Shown: in pieces, positions 25,388 to 39,060 of the stretch | How the letters are laid out: each line of letters opens with the position of its first letter | How positions within the stretch are numbered: the stretch's first letter is position 1 | From: Octopus sinensis | Lineage: Eukaryota | Assembly: GCF_006345805.1 (NCBI RefSeq) | Contig: NC_043005.1 | Span: forward strand, 109,430,001 to 109,494,000 | Length of the DNA stretch: 64,000 nt | Direction of reading: 5' to 3' | Notes under the pieces: model-generated | Databases searched by the model: none | What the model saw: only the letters and a program-made list of their open reading frames with translations | What the model was told of the DNA's origin: nothing | Made by a program: the position numbers and the translations under genes

Positions 25388-25562
25388 CATATATATATAC
25401 ACACATGAAAGGCCTGGTTGGAAGTCCAAGGGCTCAGAAAAACTGAAGGACCACTGTAGTAAGTGTTTAAGTCTGAGAGGGGAATATGTTGAATAAAATC
25501 ATAATAAGCAGATTCTCCTGTATTTTTTTTTCCCCAAGTAAGAAATTTTTCAGGACCCCTTA
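24915..25562 (+). mobile_element. Three tandem mariner-derived MITE copies separated by (TA)n
   Basis: TIR-like gagggtgctgaaaagttcc / gaacttttcaagaaccac. The interior encodes a mariner C-terminus-like KLKDHCNKCVNLRG..(V/I)E*. Confidence 0.75.
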
Positions 25563-25973
25563 CACACACACACACACACACATATCGTTGCTATTATGCA
25601 GAAGTGTAATAAGTCCAAAACGTTGCTTTTTCAGAAGATGAAAAAATATTTTCACCTTTCCATTTCTTTTTACATTAGCAACAGTTTCAGCTAAACAATA
25701 ATACTTTGTTGGATGCATAAAATCGTAACTCCTTGCATGTATGATATTTTCAGTCAGAAATATTTTGGTAAAATGTCCTACATGGGACTTACTACACTTT
25801 TGAAAAATGCTAAATTGTTGTACTACACTTTGACAATTTTCATATCTTGGCATATGAAGCAGCTGGAGATACAATAGTTTGACCAAAAGAACTGGCTATT
25901 GCAAGCAAGATTAAATATTTAAAAAAATGCATTTGGACAAATTTTGGACATACAACAGTTTAACATAACAGCG

Positions 25974-26012
<39 letters not shown>

Positions 26013-26020
26013 TATATATA

Positions 26021-26240
26021 CGAGTGGGTGCTGAAAAGTTCCTGGCTTTAAGGGTATCGTGAAGGGCCCTGGTTGGAGGCCTAAACTTCCAAGTTCTTTT
26101 ATAGGGCTTAGGAAAACTGAAGGACCACTGCAATAAGTGAGCAAATCTGAGAGGGAGACTGTATTGAATAAAATCATAATTAACTGATCATTTTTTATTT
26201 TCTTTTACTGAAAGCCAGGAATTTTCCAGCACCTCTTTGA
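26021..26240 (+). mobile_element. Complete mariner-derived MITE
   Basis: TA then cgagtgggtgctgaaaagttcctggcttt ... aaagccaggaattttccagcaccctc. Same interior as 24915. Confidence 0.8.
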
Positions 26241-26984
26241 ATATGCTTTGATGGACATCTAGCTGTTATTTCTATGAGGTTGAGTGATTACCTAGAGGAT
26301 CTCTGATAAAAGACAAATACCCAAGGGTGTGTGTAACATACTGGGAATTGAAACCCTAAACCCAATAATTGAAAATCTAATTGCTTACAGATTGCAGTCA
26401 TGCTTGCACTCATAATTAAATAGCTCAATCAACATTGTCAGGTGATCAAATATTTCTGCTCCTTTAGTGAGGCTCCCATGCTTGAAATAAATAAATATAT
26501 AAATACATAAATAATGCATTATCTACAGCATGAGGTGCACACTTGATGTGCATGACACACGAGTCAAGCAATTTAACTACAGAGGCCATTCTCTCTCCTC
26601 CCACTGGTAGCCGTTCTTGTGAATGGTTTGGGTGTAGTTAATAATGAAGGATGGTGAAATGAGGAATCAGAAAAGGAAGGAAATTCCTTATGCAAATGAC
26701 AGAGAATGAAGTGAGTGTATGTGTGAAAGTGGCATGACAACTGGAAATTAAGGGGTTTAATGAAAGAGTAGGGAACGCTTAGAGGTTCTCATCTTGATGC
26801 CGGTACTGGGTGAAGAGAAAAGCGGGAAGCAGTGAGGAGGGGGTTTTGGGAAACATGAAAGCATCGGTGCCAAACCATAAATATCTACTGGTAATAATTG
26901 ACACAGAACTACGGGAAATAAATAAATAAATGAATAAATGAAATAAATAAATAAAGTAAAATAAAATGAATAAATATGTATAGC

Positions 26985-27533
26985 AGAAACAACAGTGGTA
27001 GTAACAGCAATAGCAATGTCAACAACAATGATAGCAACAACGAAAACAACAACAGCAACATCAGCAACAATGAAGCAAATCTCTCCTATCACTACCAATG
27101 ATTACAGCAATAAGAACAACATCAATAACTGCAATAACAACCACTATGTCACCGCCCACACCATTTATTAAACAAAAATGGGAAATCAAGAGCAACAACA
27201 ACAACAACAACCATACACCCACCACCAATAACAACTACAAGAATAACAACAACCACCGCCACTACCATCATCAAGAGCAACAACAATAGTAACCACCACC
27301 TCACCATTGCCAACAACAACAATAGCCACACCGCTACTACCACCACTACAACCACAGCTACCACCACCACCACTACCACTACAACAGCCACCACCACCGC
27401 CACTACCATCATCAACAGCAACAACAACAGTAACTACCACCTCACCATTGCCAACAACAACAATAGCCACACTGCTACTACCACCGCTACAACCACAGTT
27501 ACCACCACCACCACTACAACAACAACAACAATA
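26985..27533. repeat. (CAA/CCA)n compound tract containing a 141-bp tandem duplication
   Basis: accaccgccactaccatcatcaa occurs at 27252 and 27393. Confidence 0.8.
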
Positions 27534-27940
27534 AAGGCGGCCATAATACCGTTGCAGTTTTCCTGCTTTGGAAGAAAGCCACTTTTAATTTAGAATTGGT
27601 AATGGCTTTGGTGGAAGTGAAATATAATTGAATAAATTAATCTGATTCCCTAGTATATTGCTGGTACTTGTCTATGTAGCACCATTCTGTTAAAGGGCAA
27701 ATTAATATCTGAGCTCTGAGCTGATTTGAACCTGGAACATAGAGTTATGAAGCTCCAAACCACATTCGACTAGTATCTCTTATTCTAGCCTTAGGTTTAC
27801 CAATACTTTCTGAGTGGCATCATCACGCACATACTTATACACACAAGCATACTTACATACATGCATGCATAAGTACGTATATACATGCGTATGTACATAC
27901 ATACACACACATACATATATATATATACACATATATATAT

Positions 27941-28159
27941 TGGCAGAACCGTTAGCACGCTGGGCGAAATGCGTAGCCGTATTTCATCTGCCGTTACGCT
28001 CTGAGTTCAAATTCCGCTGAGGTCAACTTTGCCTTTCATCCTTTCGTGATTGATAAATTAATACCAGTTACACGCGGGAGTCAATGTAATCGACTTAATC
28101 CGTTTGTCTGTCCCTGTTTGTCTCCTCTATGTTTAGACCCTTGTGGTTAATAAAGAAAC
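27941..28159 (+). mobile_element. tRNA-headed SINE family B (central domain resembles Meta-type SINEs)
   Basis: B-box gagttcaaattcc, core gcctttcatcctttcg..gataaattaa.taccag and tail taaagaaa. Other copies are at 31712 and 47776. Confidence 0.8.
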
Positions 28160-28502
28160 ATATATATACATGTATGTATATGCTTCCTGCATATACATAT
28201 ATATAAGATGGAGGAAACAGGTTAAGGAGGTGGGGTTGACACTTTTGAGATAGCATGTATTCAGCATGCAGAACTTAAGCGTGTTGTTCAAAAACACACT
28301 GCTAGTGTAGCGAATGGGGAAAGCTTGGTCTGCAATGTTTGCAGTCATGTATGCCTGTCAAAAGCAGGGCTCATTAGCTACCTATGGTGCTGCAAATGCA
28401 AAATATAAGTTAGTCCTAGAGTGCAAAATGTTCCTGAAGGTTGGCAATGGTCTTCCTCAGTCCCTAGTGGACTGCCATCATATATGTGTATATATGTGCA
28501 TG

Positions 28503-28549
<47 letters not shown>

Positions 28550-28682
28550 ATATATATAATATATAATAAATATAATATATATATTATAATAATAATAATA
28601 ATAATAATAATAGGGAGTATAACTCCAAACTTACAGGGAAAAATTCAATTTAGTATTAAATCAAATTTCACAATATAAATAT

Positions 28683-28986
28683 ATAAAATATAAATTAGAG
28701 AAAAAAACCACTATTATGCAATTCAAACAATGATAGACATAAACCAAATCATAAATAAAAATAAAATATTTTATAAAACATAAATAGATCACAAAAAGTA
28801 TAAAAATGAATAATCGATATATAATAAGTAATAAGTAAAAAAATTATATATCGATTATTCATTTTTATACTTTTTGTGATCTAGTTACATGTTTTATAAA
28901 ATATTTTATTTTTTTATTTATGTTCGGTTTATGTCTATCATTGTTTGAATTGCATAATAGTGGATTTTTCTCTAATTTATATTTTA

Positions 28987-28987
<1 letters not shown>
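28683..28987. repeat. AT-rich inverted repeat with about 143-bp arms and a 17-nt spacer
   Basis: 28683-28825 pairs with 28843-28987 apart from a few substitutions and indels. Confidence 0.9.
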
Positions 28988-29038
<51 letters not shown>

Positions 29039-29199
29039 GTGTATTCTGTTAGGAATGTATTAAAGTACAAATTAAAGCTTGCTTACCCTTAGAATTACCA
29101 AATAGCTGGTAGAATTATGGTATACTTCCAAGACTTAAGCATTTATCATGTGTGAAAAAAACAAAATTGAATAAATAGAGTCAAGAAGGAGTACAGTTA

Positions 29200-29334
29200 G
29201 ACAGCTATTTAATAAACTCTACACGTGTTTCAGTACAACATAGATCCACATATACACAGGATTTAACTTAAGCAACGGTTTACCTGTATAATGGGACCCA
29301 CTTGTATCTCCTCAGGTGATATATAATCACTGTC
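29200..29334 (-). ncRNA. Type I hammerhead motif with very long stem II
   Basis: CTGAGGA (29309-29315), extended stem II, GAAA, palindromic stem III ACACGTGT and GUA with cleavage predicted at 29220/29219. Proximal stem I is imperfect; distal pairing is GACAG/CTGTC. Confidence 0.65.
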
Positions 29335-29470
29335 CCCATTAGTAAATGTTTGACTTTGATGCTAACACATCCAATTGGCTCATTTGAATCTAGTAGATGC
29401 AGGCAGTTCCAATCCACTCGCTGTCGATGTGCCTCTGCACGCTCAACATGAGTGGCACTGGATACACTGG

Positions 29471-29730
29471 CTGAAAGAAGCCTGAAAGAAGCCTGTCGTA
29501 TATATGTATATATATATGTATATATGTGTGTGTATATGTTTGTGTGTCTGTGTTTCTCCCCACCAACATCGCTTGACAACCGATGCTGGTGTGTTTATGT
29601 CCCCGTAACTTAGCGGTTTGGCAAAAGAGACCAATAGAATAAGTGCTAGGCTTACAAAGAATAAGTCCTGGGGTCGATTTGCTCGACTAAAGGCGGTGCA
29701 CCAGCATGGCCGCAGTCAAATGACAATAAA
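29471..29730 (+). mobile_element. SINE A, 3' two-thirds, low divergence
   Basis: Homology to 40105-40494. Confidence 0.85.
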
Positions 29731-29959
29731 GAAACAAATCACTGAACTTCTTGTCACCCACTCATGCTTGTTGCTAAGCAAGGGTTGGTGACAGGAAGAG
29801 CATCCAGTTGTAGAAACAATAACAACATTTGCAACAATTACAACAAAACCAACAACACCACCAACAACTCCAACAACATTAGAACAAACAACAACAACAA
29901 CAACAACAACAGCAGTAAAAGTCTTAAGATGTTTTCAATCAGTACAAAGTTATTGATCA

Positions 29960-30910
29960 AAGGACCAGCTTTTCTTGGAGTTCCCCCATCTTTTCCTTCC
30001 TTCTTTTCTTTCTCTTTCTATTCTCTGTCTCTCGTTTTCTTTTTCTCGCTTCCTCTTTTTACTCAGTCCCTCTTTCTTTCTCTTCCCCCTCCCCTTTGTT
30101 TCCTCTCTCTCTCTCTTCCTCCTTGTTTTCCCAGCACTCTCTACCCACTCCCTTTCTTTTATTCTCTTCCTCACACTTTTTCCCTTCCATGTTTTTAATG
30201 TCTCCTCCCCAAGAGTTAATCAGAAATACTCACACACACACACACACACACACATACATACACACCTACATACACATATACATACACACATACGCACACA
30301 TACATATATACATATATATACGAATATACATACACACATACGTGCATACACATATATACACACACATACATACACATATACATGCATACACACATAAGCA
30401 CACATACATACACATATGCATATATACACATACATACACATATACATACACACATGCATACATATAGATACATACACATATATACATAAACATATACATG
30501 CACACACACATACGCACACATACATACACACATATATACACATATACATATATACACATATACATATATACACATTCACATATGCATAAATACATACACA
30601 CATACATACACATATGCATGCACACATACATACATACACATATACATGCACACATACATATGCATACACACATACGTATGCACACATACATACACATACG
30701 TAAATACATGCACACATACACATATTCATGCACGCATACATACACACACACACATACATATGTACATCATACACACATACATACATACATGTATATACAT
30801 ACATCATACACACATACACACATACATACATCATACACACACACATACATACATATGGGTGTGTTTTTCTCTTCTTTCCCTTTCTTTCTCCCCCCCCCCG
30901 CCCACCCCCA
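29960..30910. repeat. Pyrimidine tract followed by about 640 bp of (CA)/(TA) compound microsatellite
   Basis: Read directly from the sequence. Confidence 0.9.
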
Positions 30911-31711
30911 CCTCCTCCTCCCTTTCTTTTATTCACTTCTTTGAAGTTCTGCCAGAGATGCAAAGCAGCAGTTGACCAAACACGGTTGGCCTTCTTCATC
31001 TTAAGCTTGATGCTAATGAGAGCTTGTCACAGCCCAAAGAACAGCAGCAACAAGAACATCAACAAAAGAAATAAACAACCATAAAAACAACCATAAAAAC
31101 AACAACAACAACAACCAAAAACAAGGAGAAATTGACACTTTTTAATTGATGTCACCTTGAATTAATTGAAATACTAGATTAAAGGAAAACACTGCCCCAG
31201 CCCCTTCTGATCCTTCCTCACACACACACATCCCCACCACCATCACAACCGCTACCACCACCACAACCACCACCACAACTACCGCCACCACAGCCACTAC
31301 AACCTCCAGCAACATCACCAACATGACAACCACAACCACAACCACCACCACCACCACTACAACCACCACCACAACCGCCACCACTACCACCACCAACAAC
31401 AACAACACTAAAAACAACCACCACAACCACAACCACCACCACAACCACCAACAACAACAACACTAAAAACAACCACCACTACCACTATTACCACCAACAA
31501 CAACAACAACACCTCTCTTCCTGTACAACACCACACTACATCACTCTCTTTGCACTACTCCCACCAATCTCCCTGCACTCCTTCATTTCTCTCCTCCACC
31601 ACACACATTATCATACTACATCTTCTCTGCCACACACCACTCCTTCAGTACCAGTATCATACCATTCCCCATGCACTACACTACACCACCCTATACTGCG
31701 CACCCCTAATA

Positions 31712-31944
31712 TCTATTTCTTTACTACCCACAAGGGGCTAAACACAGAAGGGACAAACAAGGACAGACAAAGGGATTGAGTCGATTACATCGACCCGAGT
31801 GTGTAACTGGTACTTAATTTATCGATACTGGAAGGATGAAAGGCAAAGTCGACCTCGGCGGAATTTGAACTCAGAACGTAGTGGCAGATGAAATACGGCT
31901 AAGCATTTCACCCGGTGCGCTAACGGTTCTGCCAGTTCACCGCC
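31712..31944 (-). mobile_element. SINE family B, full length
   Basis: Reverse complement of the 47776-47998 copy. Confidence 0.85.
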
Positions 31945-32082
31945 TTAAATACCCCTAATAACCCTCTATGACAGAACACCACCCCCATCTGCCATTGCAC
32001 CAGAACCCCTTCACCACACGAGATTCTCCCATGCACCACTCCACACTGCAATATGCTACATTATTCCATACAACATCACACT

Positions 32083-32340
32083 GGTGGAGTAGTGAGGCAG
32101 TTGTGCTCACAGTCACTAAATCATGGGTTCGATCCCCAGACAAGGCAGCATATTGTGTTCTTGAGCTTGACACTTCATTTCAATTTGCTCCATTTCCATT
32201 TCTGATCAGGAGAGAATGTTGGCCTGCTCGCCTGACCAGTGGTGTGGCGCCACTCGGAAACTAAAATAATACAAAGTGCATTGTGACCAGAGATGTGTCA
32301 CAGCATCTGACAATCTGGTCGGTCATGTGATCACATGATC
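32083..32340 (+). mobile_element. tRNA-headed SINE with CORE-like body and the tail shared with 20411 and 62441
   Basis: gggttcgatcccc B-box, gtgttcttgagcttgacactt body and ggcctgctcgcc tail. Confidence 0.65.
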
Positions 32341-32699
32341 ATATCACATGAGACAACACATACAGCACGGTACTTCAATACAACATCAAACAACCCTCAC
32401 TACTCTGCACCACTCTACATCGTTCCAAACCTTGCCCCCTAAAGTCATTTTTGGCCCTGCACACCACCACCACCACACTATACCTCACTACACCACACCA
32501 CAGCAGTGTCCCACACGACATCATACCCCAACTGCCCCCACACGATCTCCAACTATACCACCACACACACCACAACATACCACCTCACATCATGTTGCAC
32601 TACACACACAACATTGTCATGCTTCTGTCATCACACCACCACCTTCCCCACACCACCACCTTGCCCACACCACCACCTTGCCCACACCACCACCTTCCC

Positions 32700-35600
32700 C
32701 ACACCACCACCTCCCCATACCACCACCTTGCCTACACCACCACCTTGCCCATACCACCACCTTGCCCACACCACCACCTTGCCCACACCACCACCTCCCC
32801 ACTCTACCACCTCCCCATACCACCACCTTACCTACACCACCGCCGCTTGCCCATACCACCACCTCCCCACACCACCACTTGCCCACACACCACCCTCCCC
32901 ACTCTACCACTCCCCATACCACCACCTTACCTACACCACCGCCTGCCCATACCCCACCTTGCCCACACCACCACCTCCCCACTCTACCACCTCCCCATAC
33001 CACCACCTTACCTACACCACCACCTTGCCCATACCACCACCTTGCCCACACCACCACCTCCCCACTCTACCACCTCCCCATACCACCACCTTACCTACAC
33101 CACCACCTTGCCCATACCACCACCTTGCCCACACCACCACCTCCCCACTCTACCACCTCCCCATACCACCACCTTACCTACACCACCGCCTTGCCCATAC
33201 CACCACCTTGCCCACACCACCACCTCCCCACTCTACCACCTCCCCATACCACCACCTACCTACACCACCGCCTTGCCCATACCACCACCTTGCCCACACC
33301 ACCACCTCCCCACTCTACCACCTCCCCATACCACCACCTTACCTACACCACCGCCTGCCATACCACCACCTTGCCCACACCACCACACTCCCCACTCTAC
33401 CACCTCCCCATACACCACCTTACTACACCACCGCCTTGCCCATACCACCACCTTGCCCACACCACCACCTCCCCACTCTACCACCTCCCCATACCACCAC
33501 CTACCTACACCACCACCTTGCCCATACCACCACCTGCCCACACACCACCTCCCCACTCTACCACCTCCCCATACCACCACCTTACCTACACCACCACCTT
33601 GCCCATACCACCACCTTGCCCACACCACCACCTCCCCACTCTACCACCTCCCCATACCACCACCTTACCTACACCACCACCTTGCCCATACCACCACCTT
33701 GCCCACACCACCACCTCCCCACTCTACAACCCCCCATACCACCACCTTACCTACACCACCGCCTTGCCCATACCACCACCTTGCCCACCCACCACCTCCC
33801 CACTCTACCACCTCCCCATACCACCACCTTGGCCTACACCACCGCCTTGCCCATACCACCACCTTGCCCACACCACCACCTCCCCACTCTACCACCTCCC
33901 CATACCACCACCTTGCCTACACCACCGCCTTGCCCATACCAACACCTTGCCCACACCACCACCTCCCCACTCTACCAACTCCCCATACCACCACCTTACC
34001 TACCCACCGCCTTGCCCCATACCACCACCTTGCCCACACCACCACCTCCCCACTCTACCACCTCCCCATACCACCACCTTGCCTACACCACCGCCTTGCC
34101 CATACCACCACCTTGCCACACCACCACCTCCCCACTCTACCACCTCCCATACCACCACCTTACTACACCACCACCTGCCCATACCACCACCTTGCCCACA
34201 CCACCACCTCCCCACTCTACCACCTCCCCATACCACACCTTACCTACACCACCACCTTGCCCATACCACCACCTTGCCCACACCACCACCTCCCCACTCT
34301 ACCACCTCCCCATACCACCACCTTACCTACACCACCGCCTTGCCCATACCACCACCTTGCCCACACCACCACCTCCCCACTCTACCACCTCCCCATACCA
34401 CCACCTTACCTACACCCGCCTGCCCATACCACCACCTTGCCCACACCACCACCTCCCCACTCTACCACCTCCCCATACCACCACCTTACCTACACCACCA
34501 CCTTGCCCATACCACCACCTTGCCCACACCACCACCTCCCCACTCTACCACCTCCCCATACCACCACCTTACCTACACCACCGCCTTGCCCATACCACCA
34601 CCTTGCCCACACCACCACCTCCCCACTCTACCACCTCCCCATACCACCACCTTGCCTACACCACCGCCTTGCCCATACCACCCTTGCCACACCACCACCT
34701 CCCCACTCTACCACCTCCCCATACACCACCTTGCCTACACCACGCCTTGCCATACCACCACCTTGCCCACACCACCACCTCCCCACTCTACCACCTCCCC
34801 ATACCACCACCTTACCTACACCACCGCCTTGCCCATACCACCACCTTGCCCACACCACCACCTCCCCACTCTACCACCTCCCCATACCACCACCTTGCCT
34901 ACACCACCGCCTTGCCCATACCACCACCTTGCCCACACCACCACCTCCCCACTCTACCACCTCCCCATACCACCACCTTACTACACCACCACCTTGCCCA
35001 TACCACCACCTTGCCCACACCACCACCTCCCCACTCTACCAACCTCCCCATACCACCACCTTACCTACACCACCGCCTTGCCCATACACCACCTTGCCCA
35101 CACCACCCTCCCCACTCTACCACCTCCCCATACCACCACCTTGCCTACACCACCGCCTTGCCCATACCACCAACTGCCCACACCACCACCTCCACTCTAC
35201 CACCCCCCATACCACCACCTTACATACACCACCGCCTTGCCCATACCACCACCTTGCCCACACCACCACCTCCCCACTCTACCACCTCCCCATACCACCA
35301 CCTTGCCTACACCACCGCCTTGCCCATACCACCACCTTGCCCACAACCACCACCTCCCCACTCTACCACCTCCCCATACCACCACCTTACCTACACCACC
35401 GCCTTGCCCATACCACCACCTGCCCACACCACCACCTCCCCACTCTACCACCCCCCATACCACCACCTTGCCTACACACCGCCTTGCCCATACCACCACC
35501 TTGCCCACACCACCACCTCCCCACTCTACCACCTCCCCATACCACCACTTACCTACACCACCGCCTGCCCATACCACCACCTTGCCCACACCACCACCTC

Positions 35601-38600
35601 CCCACTCTACCACCTCCCCATACCACCACTTACCTACACCAACGCCTTGCCCATACCACCCCTTGCCCCCACCACCACCTCCCCACTCTACCACCTCCCC
35701 ATACCACCACCTTACCTACACCACCACCTGCCCATACCACCCACCTTGCCCACACCACCTCCCCACTCTACCACCTCCCCATACCACCACCTTACCTACA
35801 CCACCACCTGCCCATACCACCACCTTGCCACCCACCACCACCTCCCCACTCTACCCCTCCCCATACAACACAACCTTACCTACACCACCACCTTGCCCAT
35901 ACCACCACCTTGCCCACACCAACACCCCCCACTCTACAACCTCCCCATACCACCACCTTACCTACACCACCGCCTTGCCCATACCACCACCTTGCCCACA
36001 CACCACCTCCCCACTCTACCACCTTCCCCATACCACCACCTGGCCTACACCACCGCCTTGACCAATACCACCACCTTGCCCACACCACCACCTCCCCACT
36101 CTACACCTCCCCATACCACCACCTTGCCTACACCACCGCCTGCCCATACCAACACCTGCCCACACCACCACCTCCCCACTCTACCACCTCCCCATACCAC
36201 CACCTTACCTACACCACCGCCTTGCCCATACCAAACATTGCCCACACCACCACCTCCCCACTCTACCACCCTCATACATACCACCCCCCCACCCTGCTAC
36301 ACCACCGCCTTGCCCATACCACCACCTTGCCCACACCACCACCTCCCCACTCTACCACCTCCCCATACCACCACCTTACTACACCACACCTTGCCCATAC
36401 CACCACCTTGCCCACACCACCACCTCCCCACTCTACCACCTCCCCATAACCACCCCTTACCTACACCACCACCTTGCCCATACCACCACCTTGCCCACCC
36501 ACCACACCTCCCCACTCTACCACCTCCCCATAACCACCACCTTACCTACACCACCGCCTTGCCCATACCACCACCTTGCCCACACCACCACCTCCCCACT
36601 CTACACCTCCCCATACCACCACCTTACCTACACCACCGCCTGCCATACCACCACCTTGCCCACACCACCACCTCCCCACTCTACCACCTCCCCATACCAC
36701 CACCTTACCTACACCACCACCTTGCCCATACCACCACCTTGCCCACACCACCACCTCCCCACTCTACCACCTCCCCATACCACCACCTACCTACACCACC
36801 GCCTTGCCCATACCACCACCTTGCCCACACCACCACCTCCCCACTCTACCACCTCCCCATACCACCACCTTGCCTACACCACCGCCTTGCCCATACACCC
36901 CACCTTGCCACACCACCACCTCCCCACTCTACCACCTCCCCATACCACCACCTTGCCACACACCGCCTTGCCCATACCACCACCTTTTGCCCACAACACC
37001 CACCTCCCCACTCTACCACCTCCCCATACCACCACCTTACCTACCCACCGCCTTGCCCATACCACCACCTGGCCCACACCACCACCTCCCCACTCTACCA
37101 CCTCCCCATACCACCACCTTGCCTACACCACCGCCTTGCCCATACCACCACCTTGCCCACACCACCACCTCCCCACTCTACCACCTCCCCATACCACCAC
37201 CTTACTACACCACCACCTTGCCCATACCACCACCTTGCCCACACCACCACCTCCCCACTCTACCACCTCCCCATACACCACCTTACCTACACCACCGCCT
37301 TGCCCACCATACCACCACCTTGCCCACACCACCACCTCCCCACTCTACCACCTCCCCATACCACCACCTTGCCTACACCACCGCCTTGCCCATACCACCA
37401 CCTGCCCACACCACCACCTCCCCACTCTACCACTCCCCATACACCACCTTACCTACACCACCGCCTTGCCCATACCACCACCTTGCCCACACCACCACCT
37501 CCCCACTCTACCACCTCCCCATACCACCACCTTGCCTACACCACCGCCTTGCCCATACCACCACCTTGCCCCACCACCACCACCTCCCCACTCTCTCTAC
37601 AAACCTCACCATACCACCACCTTACCTACACCACCGCCTTGCCCATACCACACTTGCCCACACCACCACCTCCCCACTCTACCACCTCCCCTACCACCAC
37701 CTTGCCTACACCACCGCCTTGCCCATACCACCACCTTGCCCACACACCACCTCCCCACTCTACCACCTCCCATACCACCACCTTGCCTACACCACCGCCT
37801 TGCCCATACCACCACCTTGCCCACACACCACCTCCCCACTCTACCACCTCCCCTACCACCACCTTACCTACACCACCGCCTTGCCCATACCACCACCTTG
37901 CCCACACCACCACCTCCCCACTCTACCACTCCCCATACCACCACCTTGCCTACACCACCGCCTTGCCCATACCACCACCTTGCCCACACCACCACCTCCC
38001 CACTCTACCACCTCCCCATACACCACCTTACCTACACCACCGCCTTGCCCATACCACCACCTTGCCCACACCACCACCTCCCCACCTCTACCACCTCCCC
38101 ATACCCCACCTTGCATACACCACCACCTTGCCCATACCACCACCTTGCCCACACCACCACCTCCCCACTCTAACACCTCCCCATACCACCACTTACCTAC
38201 ACCACCGCCTTGCCCATACCACCACCTTGCCCACACCACCACCTCCCCACTCTACCACCTCCCCATACCACACCTTGCCTACACCACCGCTTGCCCATAC
38301 ACCACTTGCCCACACCACCACCTCCCCACTCTACACTCCCCACCATACACCACTTACCTACACCACCACTTGCCCATACCACCACCTTGCCCACACCACC
38401 ACCTCCCCACTCTACCACCTCCCCATACCAACACCTTGCCTACACCACCGCCTTGCCCATACCACCACCTTGCCCAACCACCACCTCCCCACTCTACCAC
38501 CTCCCATACCACACCTTGCCTACACCACCGCCTTGCCCATACCACCACATTGCCCACACCACCACCTCCCCACTCTACCACCTCCCCATACCACCACCTT

Positions 38601-39060
38601 GCCTACACCACCACCTTGCCCATACCACCACCTTGCCACACCACCACCTCCCCACTCTACCACCTCCCCATACCACCACCTTGCTACACCACCACCTTGC
38701 CCATACCACCACCTTGCCCACACCACCACTCACCAACTCTACCACCTCCCCATACCACACCTTACCTACACCACCGCCTTGCCCATACCACCACCTTGCC
38801 CACACCACCACCTCCCCACTCTACCACCTCCCCATACCACCACCTTGCCTACACCACCGCCTTGCCCATACACCACCTTGCCCACAACCACCACCTCCCA
38901 CTCTACCACCTCCCCATACCACCACCTGGCCTACACCACCACCTGCCCATACCACCACCTTGCCCACACCACCACCTCCCCACTCTACCACCTCCCCATA
39001 CCACCACCTTACCTACACCACCACCTTGCCCACACCACCACCTTGCCTACACCACCACCA
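32700..39060. repeat. 83-bp higher-order minisatellite (five 16-17 bp monomers), about 76 copies, C-rich on plus
   Basis: gcccacaccaccacct occurs at 33127 and 33210. The monomers are ccccataccaccacctt / acctacaccaccgcctt / gcccataccaccacctt / gcccacaccaccacct / ccccactctaccacct. Confidence 0.95.
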
